A stretch of DNA of 20,000 bases, taken from NCBI GenBank assembly GCA_001687465.1, contig LVLI01000098.1, positions 181,513-201,512 of the forward strand, given 5' to 3'. Below the pieces are notes generated by a model. That model saw only the letters and a list, made by a program, of their open reading frames with translations. It was not told the origin of the DNA and made no database searches. Positions 1 to 11,910 of this stretch are shown one piece after another; the first letter of the stretch is position 1; the number at the start of each line of letters is the position of its first letter. The position numbers and the translations under genes are program-made. Source of the DNA: Halocafeteria seosinensis (lineage: Eukaryota).

Positions 1-1
1 C

Positions 2-2455
2 TTGCTTAACAAGGGCTCACTAGATTCTAGTGAAGGCAAACAACAAAGTCGGCAATTTTCATCGACTATGTCGAAAACAAAACGGCCAAACAAGAAGCAA
101 CAAAAGCGATTGACCGCTTCTCTTAATTTGGATCCTGAGGCAGCAGTCTTCGCTAGAAGAGATCACTCTATGCGGCAGACAGATTTTGGATTCGCTCCTG
201 AGGTCCGTGAACCTATGCAATGGAGGTTACAGCGAAACAAACAGGCTTATGAGAAACTTGTCAATCATGTTAAGAAAATACAACGATGTTGGAGATCCTA
301 CATTGCTCGTACTCTTGTGGCTCGCATGAGGCAGCAACGGGGAGCTCTAACTCTACAGAAGTGGTGGAGAGGCTGCATGGGACGCATGAGAGCAGCGCAA
401 AAGCGCCGAGAACACTGGGCTGCCCATGTTATCCAAAGATATTGGAGAGGCTACGCCGGAAGGGAAGTGGCTGCTCGCATGGCCGTCGAGGGTAAGAGCG
501 CGAAACTGATTCAAAAATGCTGGAGAGGATACAGGGCAAGAACGTTCGTTGCACTCCTAAGGAAAGCTCGTGGTGATGCATCCGTCAAAATTCAGAGTTT
601 AGTGAGACAACGCCAAGCAATGAAACGCGCCTGGAGGCTCCGTGACATGCATAATGCTTCAACCAATATTCAGCGGGTCTGGCGAGGAAAACTAGGAAGA
701 GCTCGTGCTCGAAAGGAGCGTGATAAGTACTTGTTCAGCAAGAGTCAAAGCCAAAGTATCGAATTCGGTCGCCAGATGTTAATGGAGCACAAACTTCATG
801 GAACGAAACTCCAAAGTGAGGTATCTACACTTACACATGATAAAATAGAGACGGAGGAAGCCATTCAGCAGGTGAATCAAGAGATCAACACCTTCCACAA
901 TGCTGTGTATAACTTCGAGCGTCAGATGAATGAATTATCAAGCGTAGAAACACGAGAAGGAAGCAACTTGGATGAGGATGCAAAAGCACAGTTACGTGTC
1001 CAGAAGAACGAGTTGGACCGGAATTTCTCCGCAATGCTGGTGAAAATCGCAGATAGGAAAGAAAAGCTCCAAAATTTGGAAGTTCGGCTACAAAAGATTG
1101 ACGCTACTCGCGAAGCGAAACAGAAAGAGCTAAGCGATTTAGAAAGGAAACTTGTAGTACTACTGGAGGAACAGCAGCGGGACTTAAAGGCAATCAAAGT
1201 TCGCCAAGAGCACAAAGGGGAGAGATTGATTGAGGATGCAGTGTCTGCTGTTCAAAAACACTTAAAGCACGGTAATAAGTTGTCCCTGAAAGATGGTAAT
1301 GCACCCGAAGGTATTGAGTCAAGCGAAGGCGCCCTCTCAAGTGATGGTGGAGGTGGCGGTGGGGACAGCGGGCCTACGGCCAAACAGCGAGCTGATGCCA
1401 ATGCTCTCATGTCAAGTACAGAGACAATGATGAAGTTCGGATTTATGGGCATGTCTTTGACATATTTCTCTTCGCTGAATATGATTCGCGCAATGAAGCA
1501 AGTAGGAACGGCGAACACCCTGCTTTCCAACCCATTGATAGATATGCCGAAAGGAACTGACGGAGACCCGGTTTCTTTCCAACCTCCTTTGAGGGCTGGT
1601 CAAACTGCTGGGCAGGAGAATATCAGCCCCGAATTATGGACAGTTGCTGATGTAGGAGACTGGCTTACAAGTCTACAGTTGAGTCAGTACGCTGATGCTT
1701 TTGCAGAAGGGGCTGTCGATGGATTCCTTCTGAAAGAGCTCACGGACGAAGAACTGAAGGAGTCTTTGGGTGTTACGCACAATATGCACAGGAAGAAGAT
1801 ACTAAGTGCTGTGAGGCGCACTTTCGGAATGGGGGGCGTATCTTCGTCTCCTTCCCGCGCCCACCCAAGCGGATACGAGCAGTCAGTGCAAGGATTTGAG
1901 AGCGCTTCTTCTGCTTCTGTTGGAGGACCCAACAGTCCCCATGTTGGAGGAGGCTCCATGTTCGGGGAAAGAGAGTCTCCCATTAACGCTATGGGAAGTG
2001 TTGAAAGTAGCGTTCACCCAGCTGCTGCTGGTTTGAAATTGGAACCTATGATGCGAAAAATTAAGAACGGCAGAGTCAATGAGGTGCAAGAAGCGATCTC
2101 TGCTTTCCCAGAGGAACCTTTCCCGGAGGAATACGTTTATGATCAATTCAAAGAGGAAGTTGGGACCCAGTACATTGGTTCCATTGACGCTCAGCCGTTC
2201 CACATCAACAAGGCCGACGACCACGGAAATACCCTCCTGATATGTGCCGCGCAAAATGGTCAAAAGAATATTGCAGCGATATTGCTCTCCAGAGGTGCTA
2301 ATCCGAACCATCAAAACGTAGCCGGTAACACGGCGTTACATTTTGCAATGAATTTCGGATATGCGGATGTAGGAGACCTGCTGATCAAACATGGCGCTTC
2401 ATCTACCCTTACTAACGTATACGATTTGACGCCTTACGATGGTATCGGTCCGTAA
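2..2455 (+). CDS. IQ-motif / coiled-coil / SAM / ankyrin-repeat protein, possibly 5'-incomplete (frame open from the window edge, first ATG at 68)
   Basis: 817-codon ORF. About six IQ-like motifs (KKIQRCWRSY, TLQKWWRGCMGR, VIQRYWRGYAGR, LIQKCWRGYRAR, KIQSLVRQ, NIQRVWRGKLGR; ~270-710), then a long E/K/Q/L-rich coiled coil. SAM signature WTVADVGDWLTSLQLSQYADAF...VDGFLL..LTDEELKESLGV...HRKKIL (~1637-1815). Ankyrin repeats GNTLLICAAQNG and GNTALHFAMNFG (~2200-2450). Stop TAA 2453-2455. Confidence 0.9.
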   Translation: MLNKGSLDSSEGKQQSRQFSSTMSKTKRPNKKQQKRLTASLNLDPEAAVFARRDHSMRQTDFGFAPEVREPMQWRLQRNKQAYEKLVNHVKKIQRCWRSYIARTLVARMRQQRGALTLQKWWRGCMGRMRAAQKRREHWAAHVIQRYWRGYAGREVAARMAVEGKSAKLIQKCWRGYRARTFVALLRKARGDASVKIQSLVRQRQAMKRAWRLRDMHNASTNIQRVWRGKLGRARARKERDKYLFSKSQSQSIEFGRQMLMEHKLHGTKLQSEVSTLTHDKIETEEAIQQVNQEINTFHNAVYNFERQMNELSSVETREGSNLDEDAKAQLRVQKNELDRNFSAMLVKIADRKEKLQNLEVRLQKIDATREAKQKELSDLERKLVVLLEEQQRDLKAIKVRQEHKGERLIEDAVSAVQKHLKHGNKLSLKDGNAPEGIESSEGALSSDGGGGGGDSGPTAKQRADANALMSSTETMMKFGFMGMSLTYFSSLNMIRAMKQVGTANTLLSNPLIDMPKGTDGDPVSFQPPLRAGQTAGQENISPELWTVADVGDWLTSLQLSQYADAFAEGAVDGFLLKELTDEELKESLGVTHNMHRKKILSAVRRTFGMGGVSSSPSRAHPSGYEQSVQGFESASSASVGGPNSPHVGGGSMFGERESPINAMGSVESSVHPAAAGLKLEPMMRKIKNGRVNEVQEAISAFPEEPFPEEYVYDQFKEEVGTQYIGSIDAQPFHINKADDHGNTLLICAAQNGQKNIAAILLSRGANPNHQNVAGNTALHFAMNFGYADVGDLLIKHGASSTLTNVYDLTPYDGIGP

Positions 2456-2457
2456 GT

Positions 2458-2463
2458 AATAAA
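2458..2463 (+). promoter_or_regulatory. Possible polyadenylation signal AATAAA just after the stop of the IQ-SAM-ANK gene
   Basis: AATAAA begins 2 nt after TAA 2453-2455. It is unknown whether this organism uses this signal. Confidence 0.3.
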
Positions 2464-2840
2464 GGCACTGTATGTTGTTTTGGTTCGTGGTGATTGGTAT
2501 CAACATGACAGTGTTCAAAACACACACTATATCGTGATAACACACTGATAGTTTCTGGAGGCCAACTCCAGTCGGCATCTAACGAATGGAAACATGCATG
2601 TTTCCCCACCTTGTGTCGCGCAAGACCGCGATTGTTGTTGAAAGTATGCTGTATTCACGACCATACCGGTATATGGTATATGGTTGTACAATTCCTAGCA
2701 GCTAGTTGCTGGCCGCTACGAAACTTCTTTGGAATTGAATTGTTGTTTTGCATCTCCATTCAACCAAATAGATAATTACAACAGATGTTTCATGTGGTAA
2801 TAACTTATGCAATTCATAAAAGTGCTGATTTCTTGACGTA

Positions 2841-5110
2841 ATGAGCTCAATGGCGTCTTCCTCCTCCACGGAGGAAGCGAGTGTCTCAATGGATTCTCAC
2901 GAGGATAATGGCGCTTTCGAGCGCCGCTATGGCGCTAATGGAGGCGGCGACAACATGTCTCGTTTATTCCAGGCTTTGGACCAAAGCATAGCGAACGTGG
3001 AGCAGCAAGAGGGCGAGGAAGAGCAGAGAGAGGAGCCTTCGAGCTCACAGAACGTGGTTCATATACAGGCCGAAAACAGTCTTATTGAGAAAGATGACGA
3101 TGTATTTTCTTCGTCATATTATGACAAGCAGAAAGCCAAATATGATGCCCAACCGGCGCAGACAAACTCTCAAACGACAGTGAATGAGAGCACATCAAAG
3201 GCGCCGGCCTCTGGCGAGGAGGCGCCAGAACCTGTAGTTCAGCAAGTCCATTACCATTCTTTACGAGACGATTCCCACGCCACAGGGAAAGTTCAGGGAA
3301 CTCAGATTGCCTCCTCTGTCAATACCGAAGACTCCGGAGGAGTTGCCGCGCAAGAGGAGGAAGACGATGAATTCGAGTTCGACCTTGACGCACTAGTCCA
3401 AGGAGGAACCACCAGCAGTACCACTACTGCAAATAGTACGTCCACGCCAGCACAATCGCAGCAAAAGACGGCAGAAGGCTCGATCAATGCGAACCATCCG
3501 AGCAAAGACGATGTCCAGGTTTTCTCGAACGAAATTCCCCAGAATAGCACTGATGCTAGTGGAACGAATAGCTCTACAACAGGAGAGACCAACACAGCCG
3601 GTAAGGATACAGATGATGACAAGGAAAATGAAAAAGCACCTATGGACCCACCCGCCGACATGGAGGATGACGGTGGAGCATCTTCATTACGACAGGTACG
3701 GGAATCTTACTTCGGGCACAATGACAGTGTGCAGCTCTAGTTGGTGACACCATGCGCATGCGATTCCCGCAGGTAAGGAAGGGACTAGGCAACTCTGCAG
3801 AAGGGGATAAGAAAGGTACAGTAGCTGAGAATATCACTAGCAATATCGATACAGACAACTTTACTTCCGGTAAGTGGTTTTGCACTTAACACTTGTGGCA
3901 TTGTACTCCGTTTCAGCTGATGCTTCTGGGACTTTCAGCCGTTAATGAGCCTTTGACTAGTCTTCCGGAAGCACCTGAGGAAGAAGAAGAGGAGGAGGAA
4001 GAAGAAGACGAATATGAAGAGACGGCCCCAACTGTTAAATCGCAAGAGATGGACAAGGGAAAAGCTACGGAACAAGAAGTGGAGGAGCAGCAGGATGTGA
4101 TCGAATTTGGCGAGACGCAGACGACGGAGGGAATTCACTATGAAGAAGCTATAGAATACATGACGAGAAAAGATGTCCTCGCATCTGCAGGGGATTTATC
4201 TCAGGTGCGTCCCTATGAGTGTGTACTTTCTGTAATCAGTCTCCGTGTTCCAGACATGTTGTGGGTGTTCACAGGTCAAACTTCCACCGGCTCCTCCGAA
4301 GCTGAGTTGCCTACCGTTTCTGTGTCGCGGTAGTGCTTTGAGACCCAGTTTACATGAGCAATATTACCAAGTGATGGGACTGTCCAAAATGAAATATAGC
4401 CCTGTTGACCAGTTCCACAGGAACATCATGCTCTCCGTGTTTTCGAAAGTGACGGAGCGACCACACGCTAATGCAGACTGGACTTTCTTGGGATTCCAGG
4501 TATGGTCCCGAGTAGAAGCTATATGACGTAGGATGGGGTTTTATAAGCCTTGACTGCCCGTATTGCAGAATAGTGACTTTTCCACGGATCTTCGGGGAGT
4601 CGGCATGTTAGGTCCGCTCCAAATGCTCTGGCTAGCAGAGAACCATCCAGAGCTGTCAAGAGAATGGATGGAAAATCCGACGTGCTCTGAGGACAGTTAT
4701 CCGTTTGCCCTTCAATCTCTGAGCATGACATCATACGCGCTACAGGTATGCTAACACACAGTGATCATCTCGTTCGTCCCTGTAGTGGTATCTATGTTTA
4801 CTCTACGCAGGCTCTACGAGCAGGTAGGCTCAACGCCCTGTGCAATCGAGCGGGCAACGTGACTCTAGTGGCGAACTGGTACTACGCTGGACTTTTCAGT
4901 GAATTCATCAAAACGTTTAGGCAGAGAAACCTAAGTGAAGAGTATTCTGGAGTCCTAGGCAGAGAAATTGCAGAGAAATGTCAAACTCGTCCTGAAGGTT
5001 AGTGCAGGGTCTTCAGTTTTCGCGAATCGCTGTCAATTGCTTTATTGTTGACGATGCTTACAGAACCTATTAAGGCACTGCACGTACCTACTAACTGGAA
5101 AGCAAGATGA
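2841..5110 (+). CDS. ELMO/CED-12 domain protein (ELMOD3-like ARF/ARL GAP) with a long acidic low-complexity N-terminus. Exons 2841-3695, 3773-3869, 3939-4204, 4275-4499, 4569-4745, 4811-4997, 5064-5110 (617 aa). The last exon is less certain; the alternative is a stop at TAG 5000-5002
   Basis: Removing GT-AG introns of 77, 69, 70, 69, 65 and 66 nt joins the ORF fragments in frame (total 1854 nt). This rebuilds the ELMOD motif WTFLGFQ|NSDFSTDLRGVGMLG across intron 4500-4568. It is followed by YPFALQSLSMTSYALQ|ALRAGRLNALCNR...VANWYYAGLF, which resembles the ELMOD3 C-terminus. Confidence 0.85.
3977..4006 (+). repeat. GAG/GAA trinucleotide run encoding poly-Glu (E10) in the ELMOD gene
   Basis: GAGGAAGAAGAAGAGGAGGAGGAAGAAGAA, read directly from the sequence. 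Confidence 0.8.
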
Positions 5111-5123
5111 TGAAGGAGTGGTA

Positions 5124-8100
5124 TTATTGATCATTAGCTAATGCCGACGCTGAAACGGCGGATGGGGATTCTTCGTCTGCAGCGATGACGCTAGCGGAAA
5201 CCAACTTCTTGAATTCCTGCACATTCATTATTTCCTCTTCAATTGTGTCCTTCGCTATAAGACGGTTCACGAACACTGTTTGTTTCTGTCCTAGACGATG
5301 TGCCCGATCCATAGCTTGGAGATCATTGAATGGGTTCCAGCTATGATCGATAAAGACGACGATGTTCGCAGATGCCAAATTGAGCCCTAAGTTACCAACT
5401 CCAGTCGTTAGCAGCATGAGCTTGATCTCAGAATTCTCATTAAACTCCCTCGCACGGTTTTGGCGTTCTGTCACTGGAGTGCCCCCATCAATCCGGGAGT
5501 ACTTCACGGATGGGAAGTACTGTTTCAAGAGCTTTGTCTCTACTGCATCCAGCATTGCCGGAAATCGAGAAAATATCAAGAGCTTTTGCACAGGGGTTTC
5601 CTCCTCTTTGCTATCAGTTACCCGCCTAGTGGTTGTCACAAGCGTTGATTGGACAGCTTCATGAGCCATCTTCGAATGTACAAGGTTATCTGTATCTAAA
5701 CCGGATCCGACATCTTTCCACTCCAAGGGTTTCTTCCCGGTGCCCGATTTCTTCCTGGAACCATTTGTAGCGTCCGTCGATTCATTGCTTTGGACATATA
5801 CAGCCGGATCCCTACCAAGACATGCATTCTGTATAATATCCTCCAGAGCTTGCAGCTTGCTTGACGTGCTAATGTCAGTTTCACTGGAGGTGTCACCATC
5901 GGCCGAGGGTAAAGCAGCGTCGTTACAGATATATTGAAGCTTCCGCAAATTTGATAATGTTTCTGTTCCGCCCGATTTCTCTTGAGATTTCCTGCTTTCA
6001 TGGGCACGGCGAAGATCTGCGGTCATTTCTTCGTTACAGTGTTTTTGATACAATTCTCTCTGTTTCTTGGACAATTCCACGGTAACATCCTGGATGACCT
6101 TTGGGGGTAGTTCTTCCAGGACCTGATCCTTCGTTCTCCGTAGCACAAGCCCCTTCATTTGGTAATGCAGTTTCTTTAGCGCATCATTGGCAGCTTTCAA
6201 TTGAGACTCATCTTTTGCACAGTGCCGTGCGGTTGATACAGGCTTCTCGAAACTGAGCGGCATAAACTCGTGGTTAGAGATTTTACACAGACCAATGCAA
6301 GTATCAGGGTTCAAACTTACTTCATCCGGAATGATTTTTTATCCCCCAGATAACCTGGCATCAAGAAATCAAAAATGGACCATATATCCGACAAGGAGTT
6401 CTGAATGGGAGTCCCAGTTAGGGCAATCCTACTACTGGCAGGCACTTGTTTAATGCAAGTCGCGATTTTTGTCGTCGGATTTGATATAACATGGGCTTCA
6501 TCCAAGATGCAACAGTCCCATCGAAATTGTTGCAACGTCAAGATATCCTTAACAAGTACACCATAGGAACACACCAATGCCGATACCATGGATCCGCTGA
6601 CGCGAGTATTGAAGGCTTCTAAGGCTCTGGTGATATGGATAGGACGTTAAGACGTGATTTGAGTAGTCTTGCTAAGGAAAACTGTCCAGACTCACCTTTC
6701 CCTCCTGTTTCTGGCACCATAGTAATGCTCGCACCGAAACCATGGACTTCCAAAATATTGCTGTGCCTCATAACTCCAATGGTGCACAATAGAGGCCGGA
6801 CACACAATTAAACAGCGGTACTCCGTGGATTGCTTCTGTATACACCCTATTGTTGTGGAAGTCACACACAACCTGTTCATACTTGCAAAGGACCTACCTT
6901 GCGTTGTTGCGCTGATATTGCTACAGCAGCGAGCGCTTGGAGTGTCTTGCCCAGTCCCATATCGTCAGCCAGACAGCCATTCAGGCCCCACTTAGACAGG
7001 AACAAAAGCCAGGCAATGCCTTCGATCTGATACTGCCTGAGTTCTACACCTCGCAATACTCCATGTAACAGCTTTTGCTCGCGGTCACCAAGCTGGTTTA
7101 CCGTGTCATTTTGGAGAAGAGAAAACGACTTAATAGAGTTTCGCTCACTTCGTAGATCCTCTTCTAACTTCTCCATTGTGCACCACTCTGGTGCAATCCG
7201 CTCCATGCAGTCTTCGGTTGCAAAGCGAAACAAAATGCCTACATTAGAGTTAGCTATGGCAAGAGTTTCTCTCAATGAAGAAAGCTCGCTCCGAGAACGA
7301 AGCGCGTTTCTCAACAGCAATGACGACAGAGGATAGCTGATTTTAGTGTCAACTAGAGTAACTACTTTGCTGCAAAGCGAGTTACCCACTATGCTGCGGT
7401 TCTGTCCAGAAATGAGGGAGAGTCTAACCAAACGCTCGAGAAGGACAGGCTCTGTGCTTCCCATTTTAGATAATATCTCCGAAAAAGCATCCAGCAGTAC
7501 ATCATAGAGCGCCGAAGATACAACGTTATCTTTGCATTCCATGGCATCGGCAGTGTTCTTACTGCAACGCCAAGTATGACAAAATGTTCAACAAAATCAG
7601 ATAAGCAGTTGAAGAGTTACTTACAGAGACGACGGTAGAGCACCAAACTCGGTCACGAAGGGGAAAAGCATGTCGAGTACTTGCAGGTACAGCTTCGATA
7701 ATTCATCCTGTGGGGAACGATCGCTCTCCTTCATGAATAATGCAATCGCATGGCACGCTGAAAACGCAGTACAATAGATCCTTGAACCTTCATCCTGGAG
7801 GAGTTCTTTCACTCCACTTAAACTGGAGACGGAAGTACCCGCAGAAGAGTCATACCTTTGAGTCAACTCGTTGATCCACTGTTGGATGCTTGCAGAGTCA
7901 AGCCTGGCTAGTAGGGTTGCGTGGATGAGTTGGATTGTTCCTCGTCTATAGCATTCTTGCAAATCGTCAAAGTACTGCAGGACAAGAGGGTTTTCCCATT
8001 GTAATGTATTGCCACTTAGTCTAACCATGTTATCGATATAATTGTCTGCTCTTGAGCGCCACGTTTGCAATGTCGCTTTTAATAAGCAGCTAATTTCCTT

Positions 8101-11100
8101 GCAAAGGTCTGTCGGCGGAAATTGATGATACAATAAACTCCAGTAAAGCCGGCTCAGCAAGTCGTTTTCCGCGATGCAAAAGTGCGAGTAAGGGATCTGC
8201 ATATGAGACATACATCCACCCTCGCAATACTCCAAACCGCCAAACCTGTAGTCGCAACTATCCCGAACGCCTATTATCGCACGGCAAGGCAAAGCAAAAA
8301 CGGACATTCTGGATTGTATTTGGCAGACACTCTGGCGAAAAGCCTCAAGAGCACGTTGCTGCTGCATCTTGGCTTCTTCTTCGGCCCTTGAAGTCCGCGA
8401 ACCTGAAGGAAGTTCCTGTGTAAGGAGTAACCCAGCAAGAGGAAACGTGTTAAGTATGAGGTTGCGATTAATAAATGGAAGCGCATTGAACCACTCGGGA
8501 CGAGGGCGCACAGTCCATTTTTGTTTCCAAGTTAAGCCAATTTCCGCTGCTTGTAAGAATCCGTCAAAGCACAGCAGGAAGTTCGAAAAGCCTCCCTTGC
8601 ACTCTAGAGGGACGGCCCTCAACTCTGGCTCCTGAAGAATGTCCTTGAAAACCTCTTCTGGTTTGCCCCTTAACCATGGTTCTATCCGATGAAGCCGACT
8701 CAGTAATAACGAAGTTAATCCCTCTTGTACATCGCTTAGATTTTGATTATCGCTCCCCTCGTCAATGTTGCGAGCATATTTCAGTTCCTCGGGAACCCAG
8801 GTGGTCTTAACGTCTTTCTCAAGTACCAATTGTGCAACGCTAGGGTCCGTAGCCGCCAACAAGAACATCCACACTATTGCAGAATTTATCGCCAAAGTGT
8901 AGTAGTTACTATCGAGTCCCTGCATCACTTTTAGCAGCAAAAATCGCTGAGCAGGTTGGAACTTGGACGGGCAAAGCGCAGCTAAAGCTAAGCTTAACAT
9001 CGCCTGGCGGTCCTGGTTAGCCTCGAAGAATGTGTGCAGAGGGCTCTGTGCCGAGGACTGCTTTAGAACCTCGGAAAGTTTGGGTTGGACCGCTTGCGAG
9101 TCACCGAACAGAAGGTCTTTTAACAAGTCCCGAGTTGTAGCAACACCACTCTTTTTCATATGTGGCTCCGGGAGAGGTTCCATATCGATCAACTCGTCAT
9201 CAACGTCAATGTCGCTAAGACCATCACTATCTTGACTATCTCCCACATTCACCTCGTGATCTACTAGGGACGACTCGATTTCTGTTGCCAGACCATGTAA
9301 ACAAGATCTGAAACCAGGTGATGCGCTAATCAATTGCCCCCACTTGGCCGAGACAGTCTCCCCTACGGACTCCCATTGCTGCTGATGCAGGCTGTTTCCT
9401 TTTTCAGGCTCCCATGTATCAAGATAAAACAGTTCTCCTCTGTCGTATCTTAGCAGGTGATACCACTTATGGACGGTGAGAAAACTGATAAAGTCAGAAA
9501 CAGTTCCCGAGAGTCCTAGCAATACATCTCTCAAATCGAAAAACGACTCAAGACTCTTTCGTCTCGTACTTTCATCTACTGAAACGTTCATCAAGAGCGT
9601 ACTTAGCGAGCAATCAACTAAAAGAGATAGGATTTCGGTTAGGGACGATGAGTCCGTCGTCCTGGATGTTTCTCTTACCCAATCGGTGACGGTACCTAAC
9701 AGATTGTACGCAACACGTACGTGGTGAGATTGACCTTTGCTAAAGTTCAGGAAGCGGTGCAGAATGGTTATCACCAGTAAAGCAAAGTTATATAGATGAA
9801 CTTCAGAGCCGCTAGAATGCAAAGTGCGAACAGAAAGGCGGTTCAGCAAAGGTAGCATACTCTCGACAGCGATGGAGCATGAGATTTCGCTTGAACAAGA
9901 TCGAAGAGCCAAACGAAGAAGTGCAAGAAGCAATTCTGCAGGCACGAAGAAGGAATCATCTTCTAGGAGGACATTCAATACCTCGACCCCAGTAAACTGG
10001 ACATCGTCAACGGTGTCCTCCAAGATTTCCTTCAGAACCTCGGTGACACTGAATTTAGAAAACCACTCTTTCACACGAGTAGGATTTGACCGAAAGAGTT
10101 CGCGTAAAGATAGAAGTATTCCGTGTCGTCCATGCCAATCGGTCTTGGAGAATAATTGGGTTAGAACTTTCACAATCTGCTGCATCATTTCTGCAGTAGC
10201 GAAGTGACATATGGTTGACAACAGACGTGCGGCGCTTTGTCGCACAGGTGCAATTACTTTGCCGCTACTGTAGTCACCAAATTTGTCTAAAAGCAAAATA
10301 GATACCGACCTCATCAAAATATCTTCGTAGAATTCCGCACATGTATTTCCTACCGTGCTTTCCAAAGCCTCCCTAGACTGATCACTACTCTCGTCACCAA
10401 ACAATAGCGCGAAAAGTAATTCGTTCAGCACCATGCAGCTCCCATGGCGAATCTCCCAGCGGTGGTCGTAGAGGCCAACGGAAGCCTTCAAGATGATGGA
10501 ATGAAGCAAACCCTCATCTGTGTGGAGTTGTTCATGCAGGGCATTCGTCACTACCGATGGAGATACATAAGCGGCCTCCTCATCGCATAGCTTTTGTTTT
10601 CTTTGTGTTCCCTTCGCAACATTGCTTTGTTTGGACAAGACTCTTGGTACCTTCCCCTTGGACGTAGCACGGACACGTTGCAACCGTTGTTGCCGCACTG
10701 TTTCGGATTCTACTGTGTCGGTGTAGTCTACTAGTTTGTGGGCCTCCCCATATTTTACTCCGTCAAATACTTTAACATTGTTTTCTCCCTGACCGACTGA
10801 TTCGAGGACCTTCCATTGTACAATCTTGGAAAGTTCTTCGTGGGAATACCTCTCACTGCGTCGCGCATTAGCTTCGTCGATCTCCTGCGACAGGATTCCT
10901 TCATCGAACGCCAAGAGATGCTCTCCTTTGCTGGCTATTTTATTCGCTTCGAGCACATCCAGTTTAAGATTATTCCACGACAGCCTGCTCTTTTCTGCGG
11001 TTTCTCTGTGTACTCTTTCCAATAAACCCTCCAAACCGCAATGGTTCTTGCGTTTCCATTCGGCGGCGAGCGACGACGCCAGCGCGGAGGCACCCCTTCG

Positions 11101-11577
11101 CTGGTCCCACTCGGTCGAGCGACACTGATTTACGAGGAACTGGAAAACGTGACGGCGATCTGATGCCGGCTGTTTGCTGTCCTGTAACACAAATTCGGCA
11201 ACTTCACGCCCCAATTCCAATTGAAGTAAGATACTCGACGACTCTGCAAAACAACACAATCACATTGTTTTGAGGATTCCTCCAACAGTTCCAAAAACCT
11301 TAAATAAGCGGTTCACACTGAGGAACGTGATGAACATACTCGATAAACTCTCCAAAAGACGATGTAAATGATCGGAAACCGGGGTTCCCGACGTGGATTC
11401 TTGCTCCAATTTCAACGCTTCCGCGCTGCAGGATGCAGCCGCCGAAGGAACAATGGACGGTGATGATGACGAACTATTGCTTGATTGACGACTGGCTTTG
11501 GCCGGGCCTTTCTTGGAAGAGCTATCTTCATTTGTTTTGCCGGATCGGGATCTCTTCTGAGCCCGTTTTGGAGGCAT
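5124..11577 (-). CDS. MOT1: TATA-binding-protein-associated SNF2-family ATPase (MOT1/BTAF1). Exons on the minus strand: 11577-11340, 11243-7625, 7561-6898, 6835-6696, 6626-6321, 6252-5124 (~2031 aa)
   Basis: Five GT-AG introns (96, 63, 62, 69, 68 nt) join six ORF pieces in frame (total 6096 nt). SNF2 motifs: [56 protein letters not shown]-like [56 protein letters not shown]1-type HEAT N-terminal motifs: [40 protein letters not shown]. Confidence 0.9.
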
Positions 11578-11910
11578 TTTCACGCCAGTTTAGGGGAAAC
11601 AGCACACTGTAGATATCGAGGCATTGTACTACTTTACTAGATATACGTTTAAATTCCCAACACTCACACATTACCATGAATAGCACTGCTGAATGCAAAT
11701 GAATCAATGCGAAGAAAAGATTGCCGGGTTATCGAAGTGGCCAGTGGCACCATGGCACACTTGGTATCTACATTGTATGGGTAGGCAGTGTGCATTCTTT
11801 GCGTTGGAATGAGATGAGCTCATTCCTCTGAATCGTGGTACCAGAGTCAGCAGAATGCAATTATTCTGTACAATGTTGCCTCTTAGGCTAAGGAGCTATT
11901 AGCCAGCTTC

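Noticed and set aside
2452..2457. GTAAGT donor-like sequence overlapping the stop codon of gene 1
   Set aside because: The protein ends naturally after the last ankyrin repeat, AATAAA follows, and I found no convincing downstream exon. Not excluded without RNA data.
2660..2684. ACCATACCGGTATATGGTATATGGT: short palindrome plus a GGTATAT duplication
   Set aside because: Too short and single-copy; consistent with slippage or chance.
6873..6897. A 25-nt micro-intron in MOT1 using the AG at 6874-6873
   Set aside because: It gives the wrong frame. The 62-nt intron 6836-6897 restores [12 protein letters not shown].
286..11128. Many 60-140 aa antisense or alternate-frame ORFs overlapping the main genes
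   Set aside because: These are shadow ORFs of well-supported genes, with no recognisable motifs.
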